A DNA stretch of 64,000 nucleotides. It comes from Escherichia coli. Lineage in GTDB: Bacteria; Pseudomonadota; Gammaproteobacteria; Enterobacterales; Enterobacteriaceae. The notes beneath the pieces are model-generated. The model was not told the DNA's origin, did not search any database, and worked only from the letters and a program-made list of their open reading frames with translations. The stretch is from assembly GCF_002854065.1 (NCBI RefSeq), contig NZ_CP024147.1; one strand, 5' to 3'. The position numbers were made by a program, and so were the translations under genes. Of this stretch, positions 1-11,597 are shown piece after piece (position 1 is the stretch's first letter; each line of letters starts with the position of its first letter).

Positions 1-32
1 AAAAAAATTTCATTTTCAGGGCAACTTCAGTT

Positions 33-1718
33 TTATCCTAATCCTGGCCATACCATGACGATGATTGTCCCTGCCAGCGTCAGCAGGACGTTGGCGATTG
101 CATAGGTGCCCGCATAGCCCAGCGCCGGGATGTTACTGCGAGCTGTATCACTGATGATCTCCATTGCCGGCGCGCAGGTGCGTGCGCCCATCATTGCGCC
201 GAACAACAGTGCGCGGTTCATTCGCAATACATAAGCACCGAACAAGAAACAGATAACTACGGGCACCAGACTGACAATCAATCCGGCAATCAACATCTGG
301 CCGCCAATCGCGCCCAGGCCGTTATTAATACCGCTACCGGCGCTCAGACCAACGCCTGCCATAAACACCATCAAGCCGAACTCTTTCACCATGCTTAATG
401 CACCTTGCGGAATGTAACCGAAGGTCGGGTGGTTAGCACGCATAAAGCCCAGCATAATTCCGGCGAATAACAACCCGGCAGCGTTCCCCATGCCGAAACT
501 GAATGTGCTGAACTGGAAGGTGATCATCCCGATCATCAGCCCAATAACAAAGAAGGCGCAGAATGCCAGCAGGTCAGTGACCTGGCTGTGAATCGAGATA
601 AAGCCGATGCGATCGGCGATGGTTTTTACGCGGCGGGCATCGCCGCTGACTTGTAAAACGTCACCTTTGTTAAGCACGACGTTGTCATCTATCGGCATCT
701 CAATCTGGCTACGAATGACGCGGTTAAGGAAGCAACCGTGATCGGTCAACTTCAGTTGTGCGAGACGTTTGCCAACGGCGTTATGGTTTTTAACGACCAC
801 TTCTTCAGTGACGATACGCATGTCGAGAAGGTCACGATCGAAAACTTCTTTACCGTTACGGAAGCTGGGATCGAGTCGGGCATGGGCGTCGGGATAGCCT
901 ACCAACGCTATTTCATCGCCCATTTGTAGCACGGCATCACCGTCTGGATTTGCCAGAATCCCGTTACGTCGAATACGTTCAATGTAGCAGCCGGTTTGTC
1001 GATAAATACCCAGTTCACGCAGATTTTTGCCGTCGGTCCAGGCCACCAGCTCCGGGCCGACGCGGTAGGCGCGGATCACCGGTAAATAAACTTTACGGTT
1101 GGCATCAGTGTCCAGGCCACGTTCGCGGGCGATTTGCTGGGCGCTGGTCTGTAAGTCCTGATGCTGCAATTTCGGCAAGTAACGCGCACCAACAATCAAA
1201 CTCACCAGACCGATTAAATAGGTTAAGGCATACCCGAGGCTCAGATTATCCAGTGCCAGTGCGAGCTGCCTGCTTTCCATACCGGAATGACGCAGTGTAT
1301 CGCCAGCACCGACCAGAACCGGTGTCGACGTCATAGAGCCTGCTAACATACCGGCCGTCAGGCCAATATCCCAGCCAAACAGCTTACCTAACCCTAAGGC
1401 GATCACCAGCGCACTGCCAACCATCACCAGTGCTAACATTAGGTAATTTTTCCCATCGCGAAAAAAAATGGAAAAAAAGTTCGGTCCGGCTTCGACCCCG
1501 ACGCAGAAAATAAACAGCATAAAGCCAAGATTAAGCGCATCGGTGTTAATGCTGAAATGTTGTTGGCCTAATAACAGCGATACGACTAAAACGCCAATGG
1601 AATTACCCAGTTGGATCGAACCAAGTCGTAACTTTCCGAGACATAGCCCAAGCGCGAGGACCACAAATAATAACAGAATGTAATTCCCATTTAACAATTC
1701 GGCGACGTTTATATTCAC
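33..1718 (-). CDS. ybjL: Putative AAE-family transporter YbjL (561 aa)
   Basis: Full-length ORF with membrane domains flanking a central soluble region; recalled identity and position next to ybjM/grxA. Confidence 0.85.
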   Translation of the reverse strand: MNINVAELLNGNYILLLFVVLALGLCLGKLRLGSIQLGNSIGVLVVSLLLGQQHFSINTDALNLGFMLFIFCVGVEAGPNFFSIFFRDGKNYLMLALVMVGSALVIALGLGKLFGWDIGLTAGMLAGSMTSTPVLVGAGDTLRHSGMESRQLALALDNLSLGYALTYLIGLVSLIVGARYLPKLQHQDLQTSAQQIARERGLDTDANRKVYLPVIRAYRVGPELVAWTDGKNLRELGIYRQTGCYIERIRRNGILANPDGDAVLQMGDEIALVGYPDAHARLDPSFRNGKEVFDRDLLDMRIVTEEVVVKNHNAVGKRLAQLKLTDHGCFLNRVIRSQIEMPIDDNVVLNKGDVLQVSGDARRVKTIADRIGFISIHSQVTDLLAFCAFFVIGLMIGMITFQFSTFSFGMGNAAGLLFAGIMLGFMRANHPTFGYIPQGALSMVKEFGLMVFMAGVGLSAGSGINNGLGAIGGQMLIAGLIVSLVPVVICFLFGAYVLRMNRALLFGAMMGARTCAPAMEIISDTARSNIPALGYAGTYAIANVLLTLAGTIIVMVWPGLG

Positions 1719-1987
1719 GGAGGCTAACTTCTTGTTTACTAGTAAGCTGTTGAAAGAAATGGTAATTTACGATAATGTTTTTTACCAGAATTCAGGGCGC
1801 AGATTCATTCAGCGCACCTAAACGATAGTAAAGTAACAATATATTTTACTAGTGTAATCACATTAGGTATCAACGGCTATATGAATTGCGTTGGCCTATA
1901 TTAGCATGGAATGCGAAGCGGCTTTATCTTACTGAACGCCACACTGGCGAAAAATGTGTTCGATAGACGCAGTGTCAGGAGGAACGA

Positions 1988-2365
1988 GTGAAACATAAAC
2001 AACGTTGGGCGGGGGCAATCTGCTGTTTTGTCCTCTTCATTGTGGTGTGCCTTTTTCTGGCGACGCACATGAAAGGCGCTTTTCGGGCTGCCGGGCATCC
2101 TGAAATCGGCTTGCTGTTTTTCATTCTTCCTGGAGCAGTTGCCAGTTTCTTTTCACAGCGTAGAGAAGTCCTGAAACCTCTATTTGGCGCAATGCTGGCG
2201 GCACCCTGTTCAATGCTTATTATGCGGCTGTTTTTTTCACCGACCCGCTCATTCTGGCAAGAGCTGGCATGGTTACTAAGCGCGGTGTTCTGGTGTGCGC
2301 TGGGGGCACTGTGTTTCTTATTTATCAGTAGTTTGTTTAAACCACAGCACAGAAAAAATCAGTAA
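1988..2365 (+). CDS. ybjM: Inner membrane protein YbjM (125 aa), GTG start
   Basis: Hydrophobic 125-aa ORF divergent from ybjL; synteny. Confidence 0.8.
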   Translation: MKHKQRWAGAICCFVLFIVVCLFLATHMKGAFRAAGHPEIGLLFFILPGAVASFFSQRREVLKPLFGAMLAAPCSMLIMRLFFSPTRSFWQELAWLLSAVFWCALGALCFLFISSLFKPQHRKNQ

Positions 2366-2394
2366 AGCCCTCAACGTGAGGGCTCGTCAGACGA

Positions 2395-2652
2395 TCAGGC
2401 GTCCAGATTTTCTTTCACCCATGCAGCAAAATCGGTATAGCCGCCGATATGTTGCTGATCGACAAAAATCTGCGGCACGGTTTCTACGGGTTTACCTGCC
2501 TTTTGTTGTAGATCTTCTTTAGTGATCCCTTCCGCACGAATATCTACATACTGATACTGAAAATCATCGCGTTCATTGCTCAATTTCTCAGCCAGATCTT
2601 TTGCACGCACACAGTAAGGGCAACCCGGACGACCAAAAATAACGGTTTGCAT
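2395..2652 (-). CDS. grxA: Glutaredoxin 1 (85 aa)
   Basis: CPYC active-site motif, MQTVIFGR N-terminus; start trimmed from the ORF track to the ATG giving 85 aa. Confidence 0.9.
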   Translation of the reverse strand: MQTVIFGRPGCPYCVRAKDLAEKLSNERDDFQYQYVDIRAEGITKEDLQQKAGKPVETVPQIFVDQQHIGGYTDFAAWVKENLDA

Positions 2653-2811
2653 TATTTCTCTCCTCATAGATTTATGCCTGTAATGATCACGCTAAAATGT
2701 ATTCGCTGAAAGTAGGTTTAACCTGTTGCATTAATTGCTAAAAGCTATAACTGTTAAACACAATACAGTGAAAAGTTTTAGACTGAAGGCTCACTTTGCA
2801 GAGGGAAGCGT

Positions 2812-3099
2812 ATGCGCGCGATCGGTAAATTGCCTAAGAGCGTGTTGATACTGGAATTTATCGGAATGATGTTGCTGGCGGTGGCGCTGCTGTCGGTAAG
2901 CGACTCCCTGTCGCTGCCTGAGCCATTTTCTCGGCCAGAAGTGCAGATTCTGATGATTTTTCTCGGTGTTTTGCTCATGCTTCCCGCTGCGGTGGTGGTT
3001 ATTCTTCAGGTGGCAAAACGTCTTGCCCCACAGCTGATGAACCGTCCACCGCAATATTCACGTTCAGAAAGAGAAAAAGATAATGACGCCAACCATTGA
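2812..3099 (+). CDS. ybjC: Small membrane protein YbjC (95 aa)
   Basis: ORF immediately upstream of and overlapping the nfsA start; synteny. Confidence 0.75.
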   Translation: MRAIGKLPKSVLILEFIGMMLLAVALLSVSDSLSLPEPFSRPEVQILMIFLGVLLMLPAAVVVILQVAKRLAPQLMNRPPQYSRSEREKDNDANH

Positions 3100-3805
3100 A
3101 CTTATTTGTGGCCATCGCTCCATTCGCCATTTCACTGATGAACCCATTTCCGAGGCGCAGCGTGAGGCGATTATTAACAGCGCCCGTGCGACGTCCAGTT
3201 CCAGTTTTTTGCAGTGTAGTAGCATTATTCGCATTACCGACAAAGCATTACGTGAAGAGCTGGTGACGCTGACCGGCGGGCAAAAACACGTAGCGCAAGC
3301 GGCGGAGTTCTGGGTGTTCTGTGCCGACTTTAACCGCCATTTACAGATCTGTCCGGATGCTCAGCTCGGCCTGGCGGAACAGCTGTTGCTCGGTGTCGTT
3401 GATACGGCAATGATGGCGCAGAATGCATTAACCGCAGCGGAATCGCTGGGATTGGGCGGCGTATATATCGGCGGCCTGCGCAATAATATTGAAGCGGTGA
3501 CGAAACTGCTGAAATTACCGCAGCATGTTCTGCCGCTGTTTGGGCTGTGCCTTGGCTGGCCTGCGGATAATCCGGATCTCAAGCCGCGTTTACCGGCCTC
3601 CATTTTGGTGCATGAAAACAGCTATCAACCGCTGGATAAAGACGCACTGGCGCAGTATGACGAGCAACTGGCGGAATATTACCTCACCCGTGGCAGCAAT
3701 AATCGCCGGGATACCTGGAGCGATCATATCCGCCGAACAATCATTAAAGAAAGCCGCCCATTTATTCTGGATTATTTGCACAAACAGGGTTGGGCGACGC
3801 GCTAA
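3083..3805 (+). CDS. nfsA: Oxygen-insensitive NADPH nitroreductase NfsA (240 aa)
   Basis: Recalled NfsA sequence (MTPTIELICGHRSIRHF...), 240 aa. Confidence 0.9.
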   Translation: MTPTIELICGHRSIRHFTDEPISEAQREAIINSARATSSSSFLQCSSIIRITDKALREELVTLTGGQKHVAQAAEFWVFCADFNRHLQICPDAQLGLAEQLLLGVVDTAMMAQNALTAAESLGLGGVYIGGLRNNIEAVTKLLKLPQHVLPLFGLCLGWPADNPDLKPRLPASILVHENSYQPLDKDALAQYDEQLAEYYLTRGSNNRRDTWSDHIRRTIIKESRPFILDYLHKQGWATR

Positions 3806-3865
3806 AACCGCCACGTCGATGTATGATACGCGGGCTTTTGACCAGGTCTGACAGAGAGGTGCAGG

Positions 3866-4768
3866 GTGAAAATTGCCATATTGTCCCGGGATGGAACGCT
3901 CTATTCGTGTAAGCGGCTGCGTGAAGCCGCTATACAGCGCGGTCACCTGGTTGAAATTCTTGATCCGCTTTCTTGCTACATGAACATAAATCCTGCGGCG
4001 TCTTCTATTCACTACAAAGGCCGCAAGTTACCCCATTTTGACGCAGTGATCCCGCGTATTGGCACCGCCATTACCTTTTATGGGACGGCGGCACTGCGCC
4101 AGTTCGAGATGCTGGGGAGCTATCCGCTCAATGAGTCGGTCGCCATTGCCCGGGCGCGTGACAAATTGCGTTCCATGCAACTGCTGGCGCGTCAGGGCAT
4201 CGACCTGCCTGTCACGGGCATTGCGCATTCGCCGGATGATACCAGCGATTTAATCGACATGGTCGGTGGTGCGCCGCTGGTGGTCAAGTTGGTTGAAGGC
4301 ACGCAGGGAATTGGCGTCGTGCTGGCGGAGACGCGTCAGGCGGCGGAAAGCGTGATTGACGCTTTCCGCGGTCTGAACGCGCATATTCTGGTGCAGGAAT
4401 ATATCAAAGAGGCGCAAGGGTGCGATATCCGCTGTCTGGTTGTTGGCGATGAAGTGGTCGCTGCGATTGAACGGCGGGCGAAAGAGGGCGATTTTCGTTC
4501 CAATTTGCATCGTGGCGGCGCGGCAAGCGTCGCCAGTATCACACCACAGGAGCGTGAAATCGCGATAAAAGCCGCGCGAACGATGGCGCTGGACGTTGCT
4601 GGTGTGGATATTCTGCGTGCTAATCGCGGGCCGTTGGTGATGGAAGTGAATGCGTCGCCGGGGCTGGAAGGAATAGAAAAAACCACCGGTATCGACATCG
4701 CGGGTAAAATGATCCGCTGGATCGAACGCCACGCTACGACAGAATATTGCCTGAAAACGGGTGGTTAG
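3866..4768 (+). CDS. rimK: Ribosomal protein S6 glutamate ligase RimK (300 aa), GTG start
   Basis: ATP-grasp family sequence, 300 aa, synteny. Confidence 0.9.
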   Translation: MKIAILSRDGTLYSCKRLREAAIQRGHLVEILDPLSCYMNINPAASSIHYKGRKLPHFDAVIPRIGTAITFYGTAALRQFEMLGSYPLNESVAIARARDKLRSMQLLARQGIDLPVTGIAHSPDDTSDLIDMVGGAPLVVKLVEGTQGIGVVLAETRQAAESVIDAFRGLNAHILVQEYIKEAQGCDIRCLVVGDEVVAAIERRAKEGDFRSNLHRGGAASVASITPQEREIAIKAARTMALDVAGVDILRANRGPLVMEVNASPGLEGIEKTTGIDIAGKMIRWIERHATTEYCLKTGG

Positions 4769-4855
4769 TCGCAATCACATTACTGATCATGGTTTTGCCT
4801 GCGCTTTTTGCGTAAGCTGTGCCGGTCTTTTTATCGAAAGAGGTTGTACAAAATT

Positions 4856-5332
4856 ATGACATCGCTGGTCGTTCCTGGTCTGGATACGCTGCGTCAATGG
4901 CTCGATGACCTGGGGATGAGTTTTTTTGAATGTGATAACTGTCAGGCTCTGCATCTGCCCCATATGCAGAATTTCGACGGTGTCTTTGATGCCAAAATCG
5001 ATTTGATCGATAACACGATCCTGTTTTCTGCCATGGCGGAAGTCCGACCTTCAGCCGTATTGCCGCTGGCGGCGGATTTATCTGCCATCAATGCCAGTTC
5101 GCTGACCGTGAAAGCATTTCTTGATATGCAGGATGATAATCTGCCAAAACTGGTGGTTTGCCAGTCTTTATCCGTTATGCAGGGCGTAACCTATGAGCAG
5201 TTTGCATGGTTCGTGCGTCAGAGCGAAGAGCAGATTTCGATGGTCATTCTTGAAGCTAATGCCCATCAACTGCTGTTACCGACTGACGATGAAGGGCAAA
5301 ACAACGTTACCGAAAACTATTTCCTCCACTGA
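4856..5332 (+). CDS. ybjN: YbjN family protein (158 aa)
   Basis: ORF track 4808..5332; start moved to the ATG at 4856 (MTSLVVPG...). Confidence 0.8.
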   Translation: MTSLVVPGLDTLRQWLDDLGMSFFECDNCQALHLPHMQNFDGVFDAKIDLIDNTILFSAMAEVRPSAVLPLAADLSAINASSLTVKAFLDMQDDNLPKLVVCQSLSVMQGVTYEQFAWFVRQSEEQISMVILEANAHQLLLPTDDEGQNNVTENYFLH

Positions 5333-5682
5333 TAACTCCTTTCGAGCACGCAGTCGCTGCCGCAGTGACTGCGCGCTGCAATATTATCTGCTGTTTTTAA
5401 CCTTTTCTTAAAGATTATTTCACTTCTCTTGTGTCGATTTGGCTTTATCACATAGAGCAAATACGCATAAAAATTTGTTAAATACCGTTTTTTAATCCGA
5501 GCTATAGTCTCAAACCCTGGCTAAAGTTATTCTTGCGATGCTTTTATATAGCGAGCAGTGCTGGCCGGGAGAGAGTTCTCTTTTCTTACACCGCGCCGAT
5601 AAAAAATATGCACGTTTATTGCATATCTTTCAGTGTGACAACTTTTGTTCGTTTGTTAACGAACTTTCAGAAGGAAAGAGAT

Positions 5683-6795
5683 ATGACCGCCTTAAATAAA
5701 AAATGGCTTTCGGGTCTGGTTGCGGGTGCTCTGATGGCCGTCTCTGTCGGCACGCTCGCGGCTGAACAAAAAACACTCCACATTTATAACTGGTCTGATT
5801 ATATCGCCCCCGACACGGTGGCTAACTTTGAAAAAGAAACCGGTATTAAAGTCGTCTACGATGTTTTCGACTCTAACGAAGTACTGGAAGGCAAATTAAT
5901 GGCCGGGAGCACCGGCTTTGACCTGGTGGTGCCGTCAGCAAGCTTTCTTGAACGCCAGCTGACAGCGGGAGTTTTCCAGCCGCTGGATAAAAGCAAATTG
6001 CCGGAGTGGAAGAATCTCGACCCGGAACTGCTGAAGTTGGTCGCCAAACACGATCCCGACAATAAATTTGCTATGCCCTATATGTGGGCGACGACCGGGA
6101 TTGGCTATAACGTCGATAAAGTCAAAGCGGTGCTGGGCGAAAACGCGCCCGTCGATAGCTGGGACTTGATCCTCAAGCCTGAAAATCTGGAAAAACTGAA
6201 AAGCTGCGGTGTATCTTTCCTCGATGCGCCAGAAGAAGTTTTTGCTACCGTGCTGAATTATCTCGGCAAAGATCCCAACAGCACTAAAGCGGATGATTAC
6301 ACCGGACCGGCTACCGATCTGCTGTTAAAGCTGCGCCCGAACATTCGTTATTTCCATTCATCTCAATACATTAACGACCTGGCAAACGGCGATATTTGCG
6401 TCGCTATCGGCTGGGCAGGTGATGTCTGGCAGGCGTCAAACCGCGCGAAGGAAGCGAAGAATGGCGTGAATGTCTCGTTCTCGATTCCAAAAGAAGGGGC
6501 GATGGCGTTCTTTGATGTATTCGCCATGCCTGCGGATGCCAAAAATAAAGACGAAGCCTATCAGTTCCTGAATTACCTGCTGCGTCCTGATGTGGTGGCA
6601 CATATCTCTGACCATGTGTTCTATGCTAACGCCAATAAAGCAGCCACGCCGCTGGTGAGTGCGGAAGTCCGTGATAACCCGGGTATTTATCCGCCTGCGG
6701 ATGTCCGCGCGAAGTTGTTCACTCTGAAAGTACAGGATCCGAAAATCGACCGTGTGCGCACCCGCGCGTGGACCAAAGTGAAGAGCGGAAAATAA
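5683..6795 (+). CDS. potF: Putrescine-binding periplasmic protein PotF (370 aa)
   Basis: Signal peptide MTALNKKWLSGLVAGALMAVSVGTLAA; ORF-track N-terminal extension rejected. Confidence 0.9.
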   Translation: MTALNKKWLSGLVAGALMAVSVGTLAAEQKTLHIYNWSDYIAPDTVANFEKETGIKVVYDVFDSNEVLEGKLMAGSTGFDLVVPSASFLERQLTAGVFQPLDKSKLPEWKNLDPELLKLVAKHDPDNKFAMPYMWATTGIGYNVDKVKAVLGENAPVDSWDLILKPENLEKLKSCGVSFLDAPEEVFATVLNYLGKDPNSTKADDYTGPATDLLLKLRPNIRYFHSSQYINDLANGDICVAIGWAGDVWQASNRAKEAKNGVNVSFSIPKEGAMAFFDVFAMPADAKNKDEAYQFLNYLLRPDVVAHISDHVFYANANKAATPLVSAEVRDNPGIYPPADVRAKLFTLKVQDPKIDRVRTRAWTKVKSGK

Positions 6796-6889
6796 TCCGC
6801 AGCCTTAGATGCCGGGCGGGCGCACCACACCCGCCGGCAATTCGCACCATCATGGTGCGCTTGCACACATTCAATGCCGGAGAGCAGCC

Positions 6890-8023
6890 GTGAATGACGC
6901 TATCCCTCGCCCGCAGGCGAAAAACCGTAAGGCGCTGACGCCGCTATTAGAAATCCGCAACCTCACCAAATCCTACGATGGTCAACATGCGGTGGATGAT
7001 GTCAGCCTGACCATCTACAAAGGTGAAATCTTCGCGCTGCTGGGCGCATCCGGCTGTGGCAAGTCCACGCTGCTGCGTATGCTGGCAGGTTTCGAACAAC
7101 CTTCTGCCGGACAGATAATGCTTGATGGCGTCGATTTGTCACAGGTTCCGCCTTACCTGCGCCCCATCAATATGATGTTTCAGTCTTACGCGCTGTTTCC
7201 GCATATGACCGTGGAACAGAACATCGCTTTTGGCCTGAAACAGGACAAACTACCGAAAGCGGAAATTGCCAGCCGGGTCAATGAGATGCTCGGCCTTGTG
7301 CATATGCAGGAGTTCGCCAAACGCAAACCGCATCAGCTTTCCGGTGGTCAGCGACAGCGTGTGGCCCTGGCCCGAAGCCTTGCCAAACGCCCGAAACTAT
7401 TACTGCTCGATGAGCCGATGGGCGCGCTGGATAAAAAGCTGCGTGACCGGATGCAGCTTGAAGTGGTGGATATTCTGGAGCGCGTCGGTGTGACCTGCGT
7501 GATGGTTACTCACGATCAGGAAGAGGCGATGACCATGGCGGGGCGTATCGCCATTATGAATCGTGGGAAATTTGTCCAGATTGGCGAACCGGAAGAGATC
7601 TACGAGCATCCGACTACCCGCTATAGCGCCGAATTTATTGGCTCGGTTAATGTCTTTGAAGGTGTACTCAAAGAGCGTCAGGAAGATGGTCTGGTGCTTT
7701 ATTCGCCGGGGCTGATGCATCCACTGAAAGTCGATGCGGATGCTTCAGTGGTCGATAACGTGCCGGTACACGTAGCGCTGCGCCCGGAAAAAATCATGCT
7801 TTGCGAAGAGCCGCCCGCCAATGGTTGTAACTTCGCGGTGGGGGAGGTGATACACATTGCCTATCTCGGCGATCTTTCGGTGTATCACGTTCGTCTGAAA
7901 AGTGGGCAGATGATTAGCGCCCAGCTACAAAACGCCCATCGTCATCGTAAAGGGTTACCGACCTGGGGCGACGAAGTGCGTTTGTGCTGGGAAGTGGACA
8001 GCTGTGTGGTGCTGACGGTTTAA
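6890..8023 (+). CDS. potG: Putrescine ABC transporter ATPase PotG (377 aa), GTG start
   Basis: Walker A GASGCGKST, ABC signature LSGGQRQR, Walker B LLLLDEP; start placed at in-frame GTG giving NDAIPRPQ. Confidence 0.9.
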   Translation: MNDAIPRPQAKNRKALTPLLEIRNLTKSYDGQHAVDDVSLTIYKGEIFALLGASGCGKSTLLRMLAGFEQPSAGQIMLDGVDLSQVPPYLRPINMMFQSYALFPHMTVEQNIAFGLKQDKLPKAEIASRVNEMLGLVHMQEFAKRKPHQLSGGQRQRVALARSLAKRPKLLLLDEPMGALDKKLRDRMQLEVVDILERVGVTCVMVTHDQEEAMTMAGRIAIMNRGKFVQIGEPEEIYEHPTTRYSAEFIGSVNVFEGVLKERQEDGLVLYSPGLMHPLKVDADASVVDNVPVHVALRPEKIMLCEEPPANGCNFAVGEVIHIAYLGDLSVYHVRLKSGQMISAQLQNAHRHRKGLPTWGDEVRLCWEVDSCVVLTV

Positions 8024-8032
8024 GGAGCAAAG

Positions 8033-8986
8033 ATGAGTACACTTGAACCTGCTGCCCAGTCGAAACCGCCGGGCGGATTTAAGCTGTGGTTGTCGCAGCT
8101 GCAAATGAAGCATGGGCGCAAACTGGTCATTGCGTTGCCGTATATCTGGTTGATCTTGCTGTTTCTGCTGCCATTTCTGATTGTCTTTAAAATAAGCCTG
8201 GCGGAGATGGCGCGCGCTATTCCACCTTATACCGAACTGATGGAGTGGGCTGACGGGCAACTGTCCATCACCCTTAATTTCGGTAATTTCCTGCAACTGA
8301 CCGACGATCCGCTCTATTTCGATGCTTATCTCCAGTCGTTACAGGTGGCGGCGATTTCGACATTTTGCTGTTTACTGATCGGCTATCCGCTGGCGTGGGC
8401 GGTGGCGCACAGTAAGCCTTCGACCCGTAATATCTTATTACTACTGGTGATCCTGCCGTCGTGGACCTCGTTTCTGATTCGTGTCTACGCCTGGATGGGA
8501 ATATTAAAAAACAACGGTGTGCTGAATAATTTTCTGCAGTGGCTGGGGGTTATCGATCAACCGCTGACCATTCTGCATACCAATCTGGCAGTTTATATTG
8601 GCATTGTTTACGCCTACGTGCCGTTTATGGTGCTGCCGATTTATACCGCGTTGATTCGTATTGATTATTCGCTGGTGGAAGCAGCGCTGGATCTCGGTGC
8701 ACGACCGCTGAAAACGTTCTTTACTGTGATCGTGCCGCTGACTAAAGGTGGGATTATTGCCGGATCGATGCTGGTGTTTATCCCGGCTGTGGGCGAGTTT
8801 GTGATCCCGGAACTGCTCGGTGGCCCGGACAGCATCATGATCGGGCGCGTGCTATGGCAAGAGTTTTTCAATAACCGCGACTGGCCGGTGGCCTCGGCGG
8901 TAGCGATCATCATGTTGCTGCTGCTAATTGTGCCGATAATGTGGTTCCACAAACACCAGCAAAAAAGCGTGGGAGAACACGGATGA
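8033..8986 (+). CDS. potH: Putrescine ABC transporter permease PotH (317 aa)
   Basis: Multi-pass membrane ORF following potG. Confidence 0.9.
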   Translation: MSTLEPAAQSKPPGGFKLWLSQLQMKHGRKLVIALPYIWLILLFLLPFLIVFKISLAEMARAIPPYTELMEWADGQLSITLNFGNFLQLTDDPLYFDAYLQSLQVAAISTFCCLLIGYPLAWAVAHSKPSTRNILLLLVILPSWTSFLIRVYAWMGILKNNGVLNNFLQWLGVIDQPLTILHTNLAVYIGIVYAYVPFMVLPIYTALIRIDYSLVEAALDLGARPLKTFFTVIVPLTKGGIIAGSMLVFIPAVGEFVIPELLGGPDSIMIGRVLWQEFFNNRDWPVASAVAIIMLLLLIVPIMWFHKHQQKSVGEHG

Positions 8987-9828
8987 ATAATTTACCGGTA
9001 GTTCGTTCGCCCTGGCGGATTGTGATTTTGCTGCTGGGCTTTACCTTTCTCTACGCGCCAATGCTGATGCTGGTTATCTATTCGTTTAACAGCTCGAAGC
9101 TGGTGACGGTGTGGGCCGGCTGGTCAACGCGCTGGTATGGCGAATTATTGCGCGATGACGCGATGATGAGTGCGGTTGGTTTAAGTCTGACAATTGCGGC
9201 CTGTGCGGCGACGGCGGCGGCGATCCTCGGAACTATTGCGGCGGTGGTGCTGGTGCGCTTTGGCAGGTTTCGCGGATCAAATGGCTTTGCCTTTATGATC
9301 ACCGCGCCGCTGGTAATGCCAGATGTCATCACGGGCTTGTCGCTGTTGTTATTATTCGTCGCGCTTGCTCATGCCATTGGCTGGCCTGCGGACCGCGGTA
9401 TGCTTACCATCTGGCTGGCGCATGTCACTTTCTGTACGGCTTATGTGGCAGTCGTTATTTCGTCGCGTCTGCGGGAACTGGATCGCTCGATAGAAGAAGC
9501 AGCGATGGATCTCGGTGCGACGCCGCTGAAAGTGTTTTTCGTCATTACGCTACCGATGATCATGCCCGCGATCATTTCTGGCTGGTTACTGGCTTTTACT
9601 TTGTCGCTTGATGATCTGGTGATCGCCAGCTTTGTTTCCGGGCCGGGAGCCACCACGTTACCGATGCTGGTCTTTTCCAGCGTGCGGATGGGGGTGAATC
9701 CGGAAATCAACGCCCTGGCAACATTGATCCTTGGTGCGGTCGGAATTGTCGGATTTATCGCCTGGTATCTGATGGCTCGCGCAGAAAAACAGCGGATACG
9801 CGACATCCAGCGTGCAAGACGTGGCTGA
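8983..9828 (+). CDS. potI: Putrescine ABC transporter permease PotI (281 aa)
   Basis: ATG at 8983 overlapping the potH stop; MNNLPVVRSPW N-terminus. Confidence 0.9.
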   Translation: MNNLPVVRSPWRIVILLLGFTFLYAPMLMLVIYSFNSSKLVTVWAGWSTRWYGELLRDDAMMSAVGLSLTIAACAATAAAILGTIAAVVLVRFGRFRGSNGFAFMITAPLVMPDVITGLSLLLLFVALAHAIGWPADRGMLTIWLAHVTFCTAYVAVVISSRLRELDRSIEEAAMDLGATPLKVFFVITLPMIMPAIISGWLLAFTLSLDDLVIASFVSGPGATTLPMLVFSSVRMGVNPEINALATLILGAVGIVGFIAWYLMARAEKQRIRDIQRARRG

Positions 9829-9887
9829 AGACACTAAAATTTGCCAACCTGGCTACATAATGCCGCGTATGTCGCGGCATTGTTTTC

Positions 9888-10376
9888 ATGGAAGACGAAA
9901 CGTTGGGATTTTTTAAGAAAACATCTTCATCTCATGCTCGCCTGAATGTGCCTGCGCTGGTGCAGGTGGCGGCGCTCGCCATTATTATGATCCGTGGCCT
10001 CGACGTGCTGATGATTTTCAATACGCTGGGCGTGCGCGGTATTGGCGAGTTCATTCATCGCAGCGTACAAACCTGGAGTTTAACGCTGGTCTTTTTAAGC
10101 AGTCTGGTGCTGGTTTTCATTGAGATCTGGTGTGCGTTTTCACTGGTGAAAGGGCGTCGCTGGGCGCGCTGGCTATATCTGCTGACACAAATCACCGCCG
10201 CAAGTTACTTGTGGGCGGCTTCGCTGGGGTACGGTTATCCGGAGCTGTTCAGCATTCCCGGTGAATCAAAACGTGAAATCTTCCATAGCCTGATGCTGCA
10301 GAAGCTGCCGGATATGCTCATCCTGATGCTGCTGTTCGTTCCCTCGACCAGTCGGCGGTTCTTCCAGTTGCAATAA
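9888..10376 (+). CDS. ybjO: Inner membrane protein YbjO (162 aa)
   Basis: Hydrophobic ORF between potI and rlmC; synteny. Confidence 0.75.
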   Translation: MEDETLGFFKKTSSSHARLNVPALVQVAALAIIMIRGLDVLMIFNTLGVRGIGEFIHRSVQTWSLTLVFLSSLVLVFIEIWCAFSLVKGRRWARWLYLLTQITAASYLWAASLGYGYPELFSIPGESKREIFHSLMLQKLPDMLILMLLFVPSTSRRFFQLQ

Positions 10377-10416
10377 TGTGTATAATCGTCGCCCCTGATG
10401 ATGTGAAGGTCAATGT

Positions 10417-11544
10417 ATGCAGTGCGCACTTTACGACGCGGGTCGCTGTCGTTCCTGTCAGTGGATAACGCAGCCGATTCCAGAGCAACTCTCCGCTAAA
10501 ACCGCCGATCTTAAAAATCTGCTCGCCGATTTTCCGGTTGAGGAATGGTGCGCGCCGGTGTCAGGCCCAGAACAAGGGTTTCGTAATAAAGCCAAAATGG
10601 TGGTGAGTGGTAGCGTTGAAAAACCCCTGCTCGGTATGCTGCATCGCGACGGCACACCGGAAGACCTTTGTGACTGCCCGCTTTATCCTGCCTCATTTGC
10701 GCCCGTTTTTGCGGCGCTAAAACCGTTTATCGCCCGAGCGGGGTTAACGCCCTACAACGTGGCGCGTAAGCGTGGCGAACTGAAATACATTCTGCTGACC
10801 GAAAGCCAGAGCGATGGCGGCATGATGCTGCGCTTTGTACTGCGTTCTGATACCAAGCTGGCGCAACTGCGTAAGGCGCTGCCGTGGTTACACGAACAAC
10901 TACCGCAGCTGAAAGTTATTACCGTCAATATTCAGCCGGTACATATGGCGATTATGGAAGGGGAGACGGAGATCTACCTGACCGAACAACAGGCGCTGGC
11001 AGAGCGTTTTAACGATGTGCCGCTGTGGATCCGTCCGCAAAGTTTCTTCCAGACTAATCCGGCGGTCGCCAGCCAGCTGTACGCTACCGCGCGCGACTGG
11101 GTACGACAGCTGCCGGTTAAACATATGTGGGATCTGTTCTGCGGTGTGGGGGGCTTTGGTTTACACTGCGCGACGCCTGACATGCAGTTAACCGGGATCG
11201 AAATTGCGCCAGAGGCCATTGCCTGTGCAAAGCAGTCAGCTGCTGAACTGGGCTTAACGCGTTTGCAATTTCAGGCGCTGGACTCCACTCAGTTTGCCAC
11301 CGCTCAGGGGGAGGTGCCGGAGCTGGTGCTGGTTAACCCGCCGCGCCGCGGCATTGGTAAACCGCTGTGTGATTATCTCTCAACGATGGCACCGCGTTTT
11401 ATCATCTACTCCAGCTGTAACGCCCAAACTATGGCGAAAGATATCCGAGAACTGCCTGGTTATCGCATTGAACGGGTGCAGCTTTTCGATATGTTCCCTC
11501 ACACCGCGCATTATGAAGTGTTGACGCTGCTGGTAAAAATGTAA
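10417..11544 (+). CDS. rlmC: 23S rRNA m5U747 methyltransferase RlmC (375 aa)
   Basis: N-terminal Cys cluster (CRSCQW...C), SAM-methyltransferase motifs, 375 aa. Confidence 0.9.
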   Translation: MQCALYDAGRCRSCQWITQPIPEQLSAKTADLKNLLADFPVEEWCAPVSGPEQGFRNKAKMVVSGSVEKPLLGMLHRDGTPEDLCDCPLYPASFAPVFAALKPFIARAGLTPYNVARKRGELKYILLTESQSDGGMMLRFVLRSDTKLAQLRKALPWLHEQLPQLKVITVNIQPVHMAIMEGETEIYLTEQQALAERFNDVPLWIRPQSFFQTNPAVASQLYATARDWVRQLPVKHMWDLFCGVGGFGLHCATPDMQLTGIEIAPEAIACAKQSAAELGLTRLQFQALDSTQFATAQGEVPELVLVNPPRRGIGKPLCDYLSTMAPRFIIYSSCNAQTMAKDIRELPGYRIERVQLFDMFPHTAHYEVLTLLVKM

Positions 11545-11597
11545 ATACATCATTCAAATCAATATCACCTCGGCATACATCCATCCAAAATAATAAT

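Noticed and set aside
950-1683. Plus-strand ORFs (128 and 71 aa) inside ybjL
   Set aside because: Antisense to a well-supported full-length CDS and of low complexity.
5533-5682. N-terminal 50-aa extension of potF in the ORF track
   Set aside because: The mature protein begins with a typical signal peptide at the ATG at 5683; the extension is upstream leader sequence.
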